Assembly (NCBI GenBank): GCA_045536565.1
Contig: JAZSNU010000017.1
Span: 1-64,000, forward strand
Length of the DNA: 64,000 nucleotides
Direction: 5' to 3'
Source: Clostridia bacterium
GTDB taxonomy: Bacteria; Bacillota; Clostridia; TANB77; CAG-465
The notes under the pieces were generated by a model. It made no database searches. It had not been told where the DNA came from and saw only the letters and a program-made list of their open reading frames with translations. Shown one piece after another: positions 37,048 through 46,117 of the stretch (position 1 is the first letter of the stretch; each line of letters opens with the position of its first letter). The translations under genes and the position numbers were made by a program.

Positions 37048-37239
37048 ATGGCACAACCAAAAAGAAGATGGTCAAAAGCAAGAACTGGATTAAGACGTTC
37101 TACTTGGAAATTAGAAAATAAAACATATGCTACATGTTCTAACTGTGGAGAAACAATACTTCCACATAAAGCATGCCCAAGTTGCGGACAATACAATAAA
37201 AGACAAGTAGTAGAAATTAAAGAAAAAGAAGAAAAATAA
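37048..37239 (+). CDS. rpmF: 50S ribosomal protein L32 (Zn-ribbon type)
   Basis: MAQPKRRWSKAR, CSNCG..PHKACPSCG. Confidence 0.96.
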   Translation: MAQPKRRWSKARTGLRRSTWKLENKTYATCSNCGETILPHKACPSCGQYNKRQVVEIKEKEEK

Positions 37240-37245
37240 AAATTC

Positions 37246-37280
37246 CCTCACTTATATAAGTGGGGCTTTTTATTTTTTTT
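37246..37280 (+). terminator. Terminator after rpmF
   Basis: CCTCACTTA / TAAGTGGGG + T-rich tail. Confidence 0.65.
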
Positions 37281-37291
37281 AGGAGAATCAA

Positions 37292-38002
37292 ATGAATACA
37301 TATAAAGATATAAAAATAATATATGAAGACAATCACCTTTTAGTAGTGGTAAAACCAGCAGGTATACCATCACAGGCAGATAAAACTGGTGATGTAGATA
37401 TGCTAACTTTACTTAAAGAATATATTAAAGAAAAATATAATAAACCAGGAGATGTATATTTAGGTTTAGTGCATAGATTAGATAGAATGACATCTGGTAT
37501 TATGGTGTTTGCAAGAACATCAAAAGCGGCATCTAGACTGTCTAAAAATATACGTGAGGGTGACTTTAAGAAAAGGTATATTGCAGCAGTAAATGGTTAT
37601 ATGAATAAGGACGATAAAAATACATTACTTGAAAATTATTTAAGTAAAAACGAGAAAACAAATACAAGTAGGGTATGTAAAAAAGAAGATAAAAATTCAA
37701 AACATGCAAGCTTAAATTATACAGTTATAGATAATTTTATATATAACAACAAAGAATATTCATATATAGAGGTTAAATTAAATACAGGTAGACATCATCA
37801 AATAAGGGTTCAGATGTCAAATATAGGTCATCCTTTATATGGTGATTTAAAATATGGCGAAAGAGAAAATAAAAAAGGTGAAAATCTAGCACTTTTTGCA
37901 TATAGTTTGACATTTTTTCACCCAACAAAAGATGAAGTAATGGAATTTAAAGTATTTCCAGAAAAAGATGGAATATGGAGTGAATTAAAAACATGGGAAT
38001 AA
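37292..38002 (+). CDS. RluA/RluD-family pseudouridine synthase
   Basis: IIYED, KPAG, VHRLDRMTSG, TGRHHQIR, GDLKYG. Confidence 0.93.
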   Translation: MNTYKDIKIIYEDNHLLVVVKPAGIPSQADKTGDVDMLTLLKEYIKEKYNKPGDVYLGLVHRLDRMTSGIMVFARTSKAASRLSKNIREGDFKKRYIAAVNGYMNKDDKNTLLENYLSKNEKTNTSRVCKKEDKNSKHASLNYTVIDNFIYNNKEYSYIEVKLNTGRHHQIRVQMSNIGHPLYGDLKYGERENKKGENLALFAYSLTFFHPTKDEVMEFKVFPEKDGIWSELKTWE

Positions 38003-39105
38003 TAGATGTTACAGAGTATAAATCTAAATTAAACGAATATACAAAAGATATTGAGGAATTAAAAAACACATTAAAGATAGATGAAAAAAACATTGAATTA
38101 AAAAAACTAGAAGAAGAAACATTAAAACCTGATTTTTGGAATGATGAAAAGAATAGTTCAAGAGTTTTAGCAAAAGTAAAAGAGAATAAAAACATAATAT
38201 CTAAATATAATGAAATAGTATCTTTTTATGAAGATGTGAGTTCTTTAATTATATTACTTGAAGAAGAAATGGATGAGGAACTGTCATCAGAACTTTTAAA
38301 TAACATATCAAATTTAGAAAATAGTATTGATAATTTAAAAGTAGAATCTTTGCTTTCTAATGAATATGATTCAAATACTGCAATTGTGACAATACATCCA
38401 GGCGCAGGAGGAACTGAATCACAAGACTGGGCTTTAATGCTATATAGAATGTATACTAGATGGGCTGAAAGAACAGATCATACTGTTGAAGTATACGATA
38501 TGCAAGATGGAGATGAGGCAGGACTTAAAAGTGTTACATTTGCAGTAAAAGGATTATATCCATATGGTTACTTAAAAGGTGAAAAAGGAGTGCATAGATT
38601 AGTTAGAATATCACCTTTTGATAGTAATTCAAGACGTCATACTTCATTTGCGGCAGTAGAAGTTATGCCTGAAATAGATGATGATATAAACTTAGAAATA
38701 AGAGAAGAAGATTTAGAAGTAGGAACATATAGAGCAAGTGGTGCAGGCGGTCAGCATGTAAATAAAACATCGTCAGCAGTAAGAATTAAACATATACCTA
38801 CTGGTGTTGTTGTAGCTTGTCAAACCGAAAGATCACAATTTCAAAATAAAGATAATGCTATGAAAATGCTTAAAGCAAAACTTTATCAATTAGAGCTTCA
38901 AAAAAATAAAGATAAGTTAAGCGAAATAAAAGGAGATTTGACTGACAATAGCTGGGGAAACCAAATAAGGTCATATGTATTTTGTCCATATACTTTGGTT
39001 AAAGACCATAGAACAAATCATGAAATAGGAAATGTTCAAAAGGTTATGGATGGATATATAGATGAATTTATAACTGAATATTTAAAGAATATTACTAAAA
39101 ATTAA
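37993..39105 (+). CDS. prfB: Peptide chain release factor 2 (no programmed frameshift)
   Basis: GAGGTESQDW, RISPFD (SPF), GAGGQHVN, WGNQIRSY; single uninterrupted frame. Confidence 0.95.
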   Translation: MGIIDVTEYKSKLNEYTKDIEELKNTLKIDEKNIELKKLEEETLKPDFWNDEKNSSRVLAKVKENKNIISKYNEIVSFYEDVSSLIILLEEEMDEELSSELLNNISNLENSIDNLKVESLLSNEYDSNTAIVTIHPGAGGTESQDWALMLYRMYTRWAERTDHTVEVYDMQDGDEAGLKSVTFAVKGLYPYGYLKGEKGVHRLVRISPFDSNSRRHTSFAAVEVMPEIDDDINLEIREEDLEVGTYRASGAGGQHVNKTSSAVRIKHIPTGVVVACQTERSQFQNKDNAMKMLKAKLYQLELQKNKDKLSEIKGDLTDNSWGNQIRSYVFCPYTLVKDHRTNHEIGNVQKVMDGYIDEFITEYLKNITKN

Positions 39106-39106
39106 T

Positions 39107-39135
39107 TTGACACATATATTTATATAATGTATAAT
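39107..39135 (+). promoter_or_regulatory. Consensus sigma-A promoter of rnj
   Basis: TTGACA-17-TATAAT. Confidence 0.75.
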
Positions 39136-39287
39136 ATTTATTGTAGTTAAAATGTATAAACATTTTAATTTTGTACGGCTATATAACTTATATTTTTAAA
39201 TAAAATTTAAGTGTTTTTAAAATATATAGAAATATATAATTGTTCGGATTTTACTTAGGATAAAAATATGAAGGGGGATAATAATTT

Positions 39288-41315
39288 ATGGAAAAAAATA
39301 ATAAAAATATGAGCGCTATCTATGATGATAGTGTATCTAGTGGCGCTCTTCTTAAAGATATTAAGAAAAAATTAAACAAAAAAACAAATGTTGAAATTGA
39401 CACATTTAGTGTTGAACAGAAGGCAGATAAAGTTATAAAAAGTCTTGATAATGGTAGAAAAAGTCAAGAAGAAAAAACAGAAAAGAAAACAAATAGAGTA
39501 AACAAAACAGTAAAATCTAATGAGCAAAAGAAAATAAATAACAAAAGTAGAAATGTAGGTAAAGAAGTAAAAAATATAGCCGGAAATAATAAAGCTACAT
39601 TAAAACCAAAAAGTGTAAGAAAAAATAGTATATTTGAAAACGAAAAATTAAAAATAATACCACTTGGAGGACTTCAAGAAATTGGAAAGAATTTAACAGT
39701 ATTTGAATATGCAAATGAAATAGTTATAGTTGACTGTGGAGTTATGTTCCCAGACGATGAAATGCTAGGTGTTGACTTAGTTATACCTGATATAACATAC
39801 TTAGAAAAAAATGCAGATAAAATTAAGGGTATAGTTATAACACACGGACATGAAGACCATATAGGAGCAATACCATATTTCTTAAAGAAAATAAATGTTC
39901 CAATATATGCTACAAAACTTACTATGGGACTTATAGAATCAAAACTTGAAGAGCATAATTTACTAAGAAGTTCAGAACTTCACATTGCAAAAGCTAAGGA
40001 TGTTATAAAACTTGGCAAATATTTTAATGTTGAGTTAATTAAAACAACACACTCAATAGCAGATTCAGTTGCACTTGCTCTTCATACACCAGTAGGAACA
40101 GTAGTACATACAGGTGACTTTAAAATTGACTATACACCAATAGATGGTGAAGTAATGGATTTTGCAAGATTTGCAGAACTTGGTAAAGAAGGGGTACTTC
40201 TTCTTATGTCAGATTCTACAAATGTTGAAAGACCAGGTTATACAATGTCTGAAAGAAGTGTTGGATTAGAGTTTGATAAAATATTTATGAATTCAAATAA
40301 GAGAATAATAGTTGCAACATTTGCATCTAATATTCATAGAATGCAACAAATCATAAATTCAGCAGTTAAATTTGGTAGAAAAGTAGCAGCAATTGGTAGA
40401 AGTGTTCTTAAAGTAATAGATGTAGCAAAAGAACTTGGATATATTACAGCACCAGAAGGCTCTATAATAGATATAGATAAAATAGGATTATACAATCCAG
40501 AACAACTTGTAATTATAACAACTGGTTCACAAGGTGAAAGTATGTCAGCACTTGCTAGAATGTCTACTGGTGAACATAGAAAAGTTACAATTACACCAGA
40601 AGATTTAGTAATATTCTCATCTTCACCAATACCAGGTAATGAAAAATCAGTTGGTAAGTTAATAGATGAACTTCAAAAACTTGGAGCAGAAGTAATATAC
40701 AATCAGCTTGCGGATGTCCATGTATCAGGACACGCGTGTGAAGAAGAGTTAAAAATGATGCTTACACTTACTAAACCAAAATTCTTTATGCCAGTACATG
40801 GTGAATACAGATTTTTAAGACGCCACTGTCAAATAGCACAGCTTGTTGGTATGGAAGATAAAAATGTATTTATTATGGCAAATGGAAAAACTCTCGAAGT
40901 AGATCAAGATTCAGCAAGAATAGGTGCACAAGTACAATCTGGAATAGTTCTAGTTGATGGTTTAGGAGTAGGAGATGTAGGAAATATAGTAATAAGAGAT
41001 AGACAAATGCTTTCTGAAAACGGTATGATTTTAGTAGTATTTTCTCTTGATTCTAAAACTGCAAAACTAATAGGCGGACCTGATATTATAACAAGAGGAT
41101 TCGTATATGTTAGAGAATCAGAAGATCTAATGGAAGAAATAAGAGAATTTTCTAAGAATCAAATATTAAAACTAGAAGAAGAGGGAGTAAAAGAATGGGC
41201 TACTATAAAAGCAAAAGTTAGAGATAGCCTATGTGATTTTGTATACAAGAAAACAAGAAGAAATCCTATGATACTTCCAATTATTACTGAAATAGATATA
41301 AAAGATTTTGAATAA
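39288..41315 (+). CDS. rnj: Ribonuclease J with N-terminal K/N-rich extension
   Basis: IIPLGGLQEIGKN, THGHEDHIG, HTGDFK, HVSGH, PVHGE, RNPMILP. Confidence 0.95.
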   Translation: MEKNNKNMSAIYDDSVSSGALLKDIKKKLNKKTNVEIDTFSVEQKADKVIKSLDNGRKSQEEKTEKKTNRVNKTVKSNEQKKINNKSRNVGKEVKNIAGNNKATLKPKSVRKNSIFENEKLKIIPLGGLQEIGKNLTVFEYANEIVIVDCGVMFPDDEMLGVDLVIPDITYLEKNADKIKGIVITHGHEDHIGAIPYFLKKINVPIYATKLTMGLIESKLEEHNLLRSSELHIAKAKDVIKLGKYFNVELIKTTHSIADSVALALHTPVGTVVHTGDFKIDYTPIDGEVMDFARFAELGKEGVLLLMSDSTNVERPGYTMSERSVGLEFDKIFMNSNKRIIVATFASNIHRMQQIINSAVKFGRKVAAIGRSVLKVIDVAKELGYITAPEGSIIDIDKIGLYNPEQLVIITTGSQGESMSALARMSTGEHRKVTITPEDLVIFSSSPIPGNEKSVGKLIDELQKLGAEVIYNQLADVHVSGHACEEELKMMLTLTKPKFFMPVHGEYRFLRRHCQIAQLVGMEDKNVFIMANGKTLEVDQDSARIGAQVQSGIVLVDGLGVGDVGNIVIRDRQMLSENGMILVVFSLDSKTAKLIGGPDIITRGFVYVRESEDLMEEIREFSKNQILKLEEEGVKEWATIKAKVRDSLCDFVYKKTRRNPMILPIITEIDIKDFE

Positions 41316-41326
41316 TAAATAAAAAG

Positions 41327-41358
41327 TAAACCGCATAGTTAATAATCTATGCGGTTTA
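41327..41358. terminator. Probable bidirectional terminator
   Basis: TAAACCGCATAG / CTATGCGGTTTA between convergent genes. Confidence 0.75.
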
Positions 41359-41364
41359 ATAATA

Positions 41365-42063
41365 CTATTTATCAGAAACAGTATCAAGTTTAAATTCTTT
41401 TTTTAGCAGATAGATAAGATATCTAAGTCTAGATGCATAATAACTAGAATAAGATTCATCTTCTGCACACTTTTTGCATTCATCTTTCACACATTCGGAA
41501 ATTTGTTCCAAGATTAATTCAAGACAATGTGAAAGATAAGTTCTAGTACAATCATAGAGCGGTGTATCTAACAAATCTTCATTTAATTCCTTAAAATCTG
41601 ATATAAAATCATCAATTCTAGGATACTTAAAGACTTCTGCTTTATATGCATTATACATGTCGTTATATTGTTTTGGGATTTTTAACAATGTTTCTCTATA
41701 TTCTTTGTATCTTACACATAATTCATCTCTAACAAGAATAACAAACATATTTTCATAAAAAGATAATTTTTCTTCATGGAAAAATTCAATAATATCTCTT
41801 TTAAAATTTTTATCTAAGAATAGAATAATTTTTTCCACGACTGTATAAACTTTAACCGTCTTTTCATCTTCGGATTCGTTACTAAGCAGAGTATCATATA
41901 ATGTTCTGTTAAGTTCACGAAATAGTTTTCTTATAGGAGCCTCAAATTTTTGTTTTTCGTCTTTCGTTAATGCAAAGTACGATGGATGTAGTTTTGATAG
42001 AGCAGGAATGTTTTCAATTGTTTCTTTTAATACTTCTAATTTTTCACCTTTTTGGTATAACAT
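41365..42063 (-). CDS. Hypothetical helical protein, paralog
   Basis: AGGAGGA RBS; YQKGEKLE start and RLRYLIYLLKKEF end shared with neighbour. Confidence 0.75.
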   Translation of the reverse strand: MLYQKGEKLEVLKETIENIPALSKLHPSYFALTKDEKQKFEAPIRKLFRELNRTLYDTLLSNESEDEKTVKVYTVVEKIILFLDKNFKRDIIEFFHEEKLSFYENMFVILVRDELCVRYKEYRETLLKIPKQYNDMYNAYKAEVFKYPRIDDFISDFKELNEDLLDTPLYDCTRTYLSHCLELILEQISECVKDECKKCAEDESYSSYYASRLRYLIYLLKKEFKLDTVSDK

Positions 42064-42077
42064 GATAAGTCTCCTCC

Positions 42078-42785
42078 TTATAGTTTTTCTTTTTTAATAT
42101 TAATTCTTAGTTCGTGCTTTAATACATAGAGTAACTTTCTTATTCTTCTATATCTTGTTGTATTACTTTCTTCTTTGAAAAATTCTTTTGAAAGCATATT
42201 TTGTATTTCTTCAATCAGAAGTTCGTTGCAGTGATAGATATAATCAAGCGATTTAGATGTGAAATAAAAATGAGTGTTTTGGTTGCTTAATCCGTCCTGC
42301 ATGTGGTTGTACAATGTTGTTAATGAAGTATACTTGGAAAAATCAAATGAATCAATAACAGTTTTTCGAAGTTCTACATACTCATGTGTAATAGAATTTA
42401 AAATATCAGTGTAGCTTGGATAGCCTTTGATTAAGTTGTTTTGAATAAATTCAAAATATATACCGTTGTAGAGGTTTAATTTTTCTTCGTAAAAGTCTCT
42501 TTTTAAATCTTCTACTACATTTTGCTTTAAAAAATCAATTACTTTTTGACAGGCATCTGAAACTTTGTTTGTTTTAATTTCAAGACAGTCTTCGCCAATA
42601 ACTGTTCTTAAAAGTACATCATGTAATTGGGTTACAGGTTGTTTTATTTTTTCTGCAAATTTATCGTAATGTTCTTTTGACATGAATAGCTTTGACTTCG
42701 CAGGCTCGTTTTCAAAAATGAATTTTATATCATTTTTTAACCCTTCTAATCTTTCGCCTTGTTTATAATATTTTTTCTCTGACAT
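42078..42785 (-). CDS. Hypothetical helical protein, paralog
   Basis: AAAGGAG RBS before ATG 42785; YKQGERLE start, FYEEKL, RIRKLLYVLKHEL end. Confidence 0.75.
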   Translation of the reverse strand: MSEKKYYKQGERLEGLKNDIKFIFENEPAKSKLFMSKEHYDKFAEKIKQPVTQLHDVLLRTVIGEDCLEIKTNKVSDACQKVIDFLKQNVVEDLKRDFYEEKLNLYNGIYFEFIQNNLIKGYPSYTDILNSITHEYVELRKTVIDSFDFSKYTSLTTLYNHMQDGLSNQNTHFYFTSKSLDYIYHCNELLIEEIQNMLSKEFFKEESNTTRYRRIRKLLYVLKHELRINIKKEKL

Positions 42786-42835
42786 ATTAATATCTCCTTT
42801 CAAATTATTGTTTGGTTGAATAGTAATATGCAAAT

Positions 42836-42919
42836 ACTATATCATAATAATTGTAAAAAGCAATAGGTTACATAAAATGTGTGATTTTGGTTGAATTTGT
42901 GAAATCGTTGTGTTATAAT
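42836..42919. promoter_or_regulatory. Divergent sigma-A promoters
   Basis: Minus strand TTGCTT-16-TATAGT (42836-42863); plus strand TTGAAT-17-TATAAT (42891-42919). Confidence 0.55.
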
Positions 42920-42973
42920 ATTTGTGTAAATTGATGTACTAACTAAAATATAATTATTTAGGAGGATTAAATT

Positions 42974-43483
42974 ATGCAAAAAACCACCAGTATTATTTTA
43001 TTTGTTTTTATGATTTTAATTGTAGTAATTATGCTCTTTATACCTGTTTCAAATATGGAGGATTGGACAGATAGCTATAATCTTTATAAAGAGGTAAAAG
43101 ATTACAAGAAAATTTCAGAATTAGAAGAATACTTAAACACAAACAATATCAAATATAAAAAGAATGAAGACAATATTTTACTCTATTTAAAAGATGGTAA
43201 TAACTATGCTGATCAAGTATTTATTACAATTGAAACAGAGTGTAAAGTAAAGCCAGGCACATATGATATAAACTTTGAAAAATTAGATGAAGTATATCAA
43301 AAAAGTGGTAAAGAACATATCACTCTTATAAATGACGGAATCAAGTATACCTATTTGGAAGGAAAATATTATATAACCTGGATTAACTCTCTTTGGCTAA
43401 AAAGGATAGGCATAGTTTCAGGAATAGTCCTTGCTATTTTCTGGCTATATTTAGGTTTTAAACCAAAAAAGAAAGAAGTTTAA
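42974..43483 (+). CDS. Hypothetical membrane protein (two TM segments)
   Basis: Hydrophobic N- and C-terminal helices, basic tail, AGGAGG RBS. Confidence 0.75.
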   Translation: MQKTTSIILFVFMILIVVIMLFIPVSNMEDWTDSYNLYKEVKDYKKISELEEYLNTNNIKYKKNEDNILLYLKDGNNYADQVFITIETECKVKPGTYDINFEKLDEVYQKSGKEHITLINDGIKYTYLEGKYYITWINSLWLKRIGIVSGIVLAIFWLYLGFKPKKKEV

Positions 43484-43555
43484 TTTTGTATATATCTCAA
43501 ATAGTAGACAATTGTTTATTTTTGGGATATATTTTTTATAATTTTATTTAAAATA

Positions 43556-43594
43556 TTGCAAATATATCATAATTATAGTATAATTTGCATATGC
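43556..43594 (+). promoter_or_regulatory. TA promoter with inverted-repeat operator candidate
   Basis: TTGCAA-17-TATAAT; TGCAAAT/ATTTGCA inverted repeat and GCATATGC palindrome. Confidence 0.55.
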
Positions 43595-43611
43595 GAAAAG
43601 GAGGTATGATT

Positions 43612-43959
43612 ATGGCAATAATAAGACCATGTGCAGATTTAAGAAATAACTATAACGAGATTTCAAAAATTTGTCACGAAACAAATGAACCAGTATTTAT
43701 TACAAAAAATGGATATAACGATTTAGTTATATTAAGTAATGAGGCGTATGAAAGTATGGAAGAAACGGCAGAAGAAAGAGTAGATAGACTAATATCAGAA
43801 AAGTTTGATAAACATTATGCTAGTTTTGAAGAATTTAAGGCTGATATTATAAGAAACATTGAAATTGCTAGAAAAGAAATTGCTGACGGGAAAGGTGTTC
43901 CTATGGAAATTGCAATTGCTGAATTGGAGGCTGAATATGGAACTAATGAAGCGATATAA
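43612..43959 (+). CDS. Type II antitoxin, Phd/YefM family
   Basis: IRPCADLRNNYNEISK..HETNEPVFITKNG..DLV. Confidence 0.88.
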   Translation: MAIIRPCADLRNNYNEISKICHETNEPVFITKNGYNDLVILSNEAYESMEETAEERVDRLISEKFDKHYASFEEFKADIIRNIEIARKEIADGKGVPMEIAIAELEAEYGTNEAI

Positions 43960-44248
43960 AATTACTTGGTCTCCTTCTTTTATTCAAGAATTAAAAAATA
44001 TTTGTTCATATTTAGCATACGATTTAGGAAATTATAGTTCAGCACAAAAATTTCGAAATGAAATATATGATAAAATATATTCATTAGAATTTTATCCTGA
44101 ACGATTTACAAAATTATTATTTTCAAAAAATGTTAGAAAATTTTATGTAGGTAATTACATAGTTCTATATGAAGTGTATAGAGATTATGGTAAAGTTGAC
44201 ATCTTACATATATTTCATTCGAAACAAAATTATTTTAATTTGATATAA
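43937..44248 (+). CDS. Type II toxin, RelE/ParE family
   Basis: YKITWS...I..YLA..L....A...SLEFYPER..RKFYVGNYIVLYEV...VDILHIFH; overlaps antitoxin, GGAGG RBS. Confidence 0.85.
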   Translation: MELMKRYKITWSPSFIQELKNICSYLAYDLGNYSSAQKFRNEIYDKIYSLEFYPERFTKLLFSKNVRKFYVGNYIVLYEVYRDYGKVDILHIFHSKQNYFNLI

Positions 44249-44372
44249 TTCATTTTATACATAAATCTAATCAATTTTAATCAATAATTTTTATAAATAC
44301 TCTCAATAAAATATTATTTATACTTTAATCAATTTAAATTAACCATTATCTATAATTTGTTGGCTATTTTTC

Positions 44373-44402
44373 TTGCAATATTTGGTATATTAATGATATA
44401 AT
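44373..44402 (+). promoter_or_regulatory. sigma-A promoter of gltX-ileS
   Basis: TTGCAA-18-TATAAT with TG extension. Confidence 0.6.
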
Positions 44403-44441
44403 ACATCATTATGATATTAATAGAAAAAGGAGCGAATATAG

Positions 44442-46103
44442 ATGGATTTAGGTTACGAGAAATTGGCTAATTTAATATTTCCAGATATAACTGAAACAAT
44501 AGATGATTTAGAGAAAAGATATTCTGAAAGAAACTTACCAGAAGGAGCAGAGGTTACTAGGTTTGCACCATCACCAACTGGTTTTTTACACTCAGGTGCA
44601 CTTTTTACAACATTAGTAAATAAAAAGATTGCGGAGCAAACAGGTGGTATTTTCTATTTTAGATTAGAAGATACAGATACTAAAAGAGAAATTGAAGGTA
44701 GCGCTGATGTATTCTTAAATGAACTTGAAGCTTTTAATTTACTTCCACACGAAGGAGTTCAAAAAGGCGGAAGTGAAATAGGAGAATACGGTCCATATAC
44801 TCAAAGTAAAAGAGAGAATATATATAAAATATGTGCGAAGGAGCTCATACGTAAGGGTCTTGCTTACCCTTGCTTCTGCACAAGTGAAGATTTAGATAAA
44901 TTAAGAACAATGCAAGAAAAGGGTAAGATGAGACCCGGATATTATGGCAATTTTGCTAGATGTAGAAATAATACACCAGAAGAAATGATTGCAAGAATTG
45001 AAAAAGGAGATAAGTACATATTAAGACTTAGATCTGGTGGTTCTCACTTAAAAAAAATTGCATTTACAGATAAAATTAGAGGAAAGATAGAACAAGCGCA
45101 AAACGATCAAGATATTGTAATTATTAAGTCTGATGGACTTCCAACATATCATTTTGCACATGCAGTTGATGATCATTTTATGAGAACAACTTTGGTTGTA
45201 AGAGGTGAAGAATGGGTAGCATCAGTACCACTTCATTTAGAACTATTTTATGTGCTTGGATTTAAGCAAGTGAAATATGCTCATGTTCCAACTATAATGA
45301 AATTAGATGGAGATAGCAAAAGAAAACTAAGTAAGAGAAAAGACCCAGAAGCAGCATGTTCATATTTCTTAGAAAGTGGATATCCAACTGAGGCAATTAT
45401 TGATTACTTACTTACAATAATTAATTCTGATTTTGAGCCTTGGAGAAAAGGACATCAAAACACGGATATATCAGAGTTTGAAGTTAGACTTTCAAAAATG
45501 AATGTAGCAGGTGCACTATTTGATATGGTTAAAATAAATGATATTTCTAAAAATATTATTGGTAATATGACAACTGATGAATTATTTAATAAAGTATCAA
45601 TTTGGGCTGAGAAATATAACGAAGAGTTAAATAGTGTTATTAATAAAGATCCAGAATACTTCAAACAAATATTAGGAATTGAAAGAGATAATGTGACAAA
45701 AGTTAGAAAAGATTTTGCAAAATATGAAGATATACTTCCAAATATTTCATATATGTATACTGATATGTTTGAAGAAGATATAAAAAACGGATATAACTTT
45801 AATGAAAATATTTCAAAAGAAGAAGTTAAGAATATTATATCTAAATATCTTGAAATAATTGATATAGATGTAGATAAAGATACATGGTTTGCAAACTTAA
45901 AAGAGTTTACAGATTCTATTGGTTTTTGTTCAAATATGAAAGAATATAAGCAGAATAAAGAAGCATACAAAGGAAGTATTGCTGATGTATCTGGTGTTAT
46001 TAGAGTAGGGGTTACAAATAGACAAAATACACCTGATATATATAGTATTATGAATGTACTTGGAATAGATGAAGTAAAGAGAAGACTAGAATTAGTTAAA
46101 TAA
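44442..46103 (+). CDS. gltX: Glutamate--tRNA ligase
   Basis: TRFAPSPTGFLH, RLEDTD, AYPCFC, PTYHFAHAVDD, VRGEEW, KLSKR. Confidence 0.95.
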   Translation: MDLGYEKLANLIFPDITETIDDLEKRYSERNLPEGAEVTRFAPSPTGFLHSGALFTTLVNKKIAEQTGGIFYFRLEDTDTKREIEGSADVFLNELEAFNLLPHEGVQKGGSEIGEYGPYTQSKRENIYKICAKELIRKGLAYPCFCTSEDLDKLRTMQEKGKMRPGYYGNFARCRNNTPEEMIARIEKGDKYILRLRSGGSHLKKIAFTDKIRGKIEQAQNDQDIVIIKSDGLPTYHFAHAVDDHFMRTTLVVRGEEWVASVPLHLELFYVLGFKQVKYAHVPTIMKLDGDSKRKLSKRKDPEAACSYFLESGYPTEAIIDYLLTIINSDFEPWRKGHQNTDISEFEVRLSKMNVAGALFDMVKINDISKNIIGNMTTDELFNKVSIWAEKYNEELNSVINKDPEYFKQILGIERDNVTKVRKDFAKYEDILPNISYMYTDMFEEDIKNGYNFNENISKEEVKNIISKYLEIIDIDVDKDTWFANLKEFTDSIGFCSNMKEYKQNKEAYKGSIADVSGVIRVGVTNRQNTPDIYSIMNVLGIDEVKRRLELVK

Positions 46104-46117
46104 AGGAGAGAAATAAA

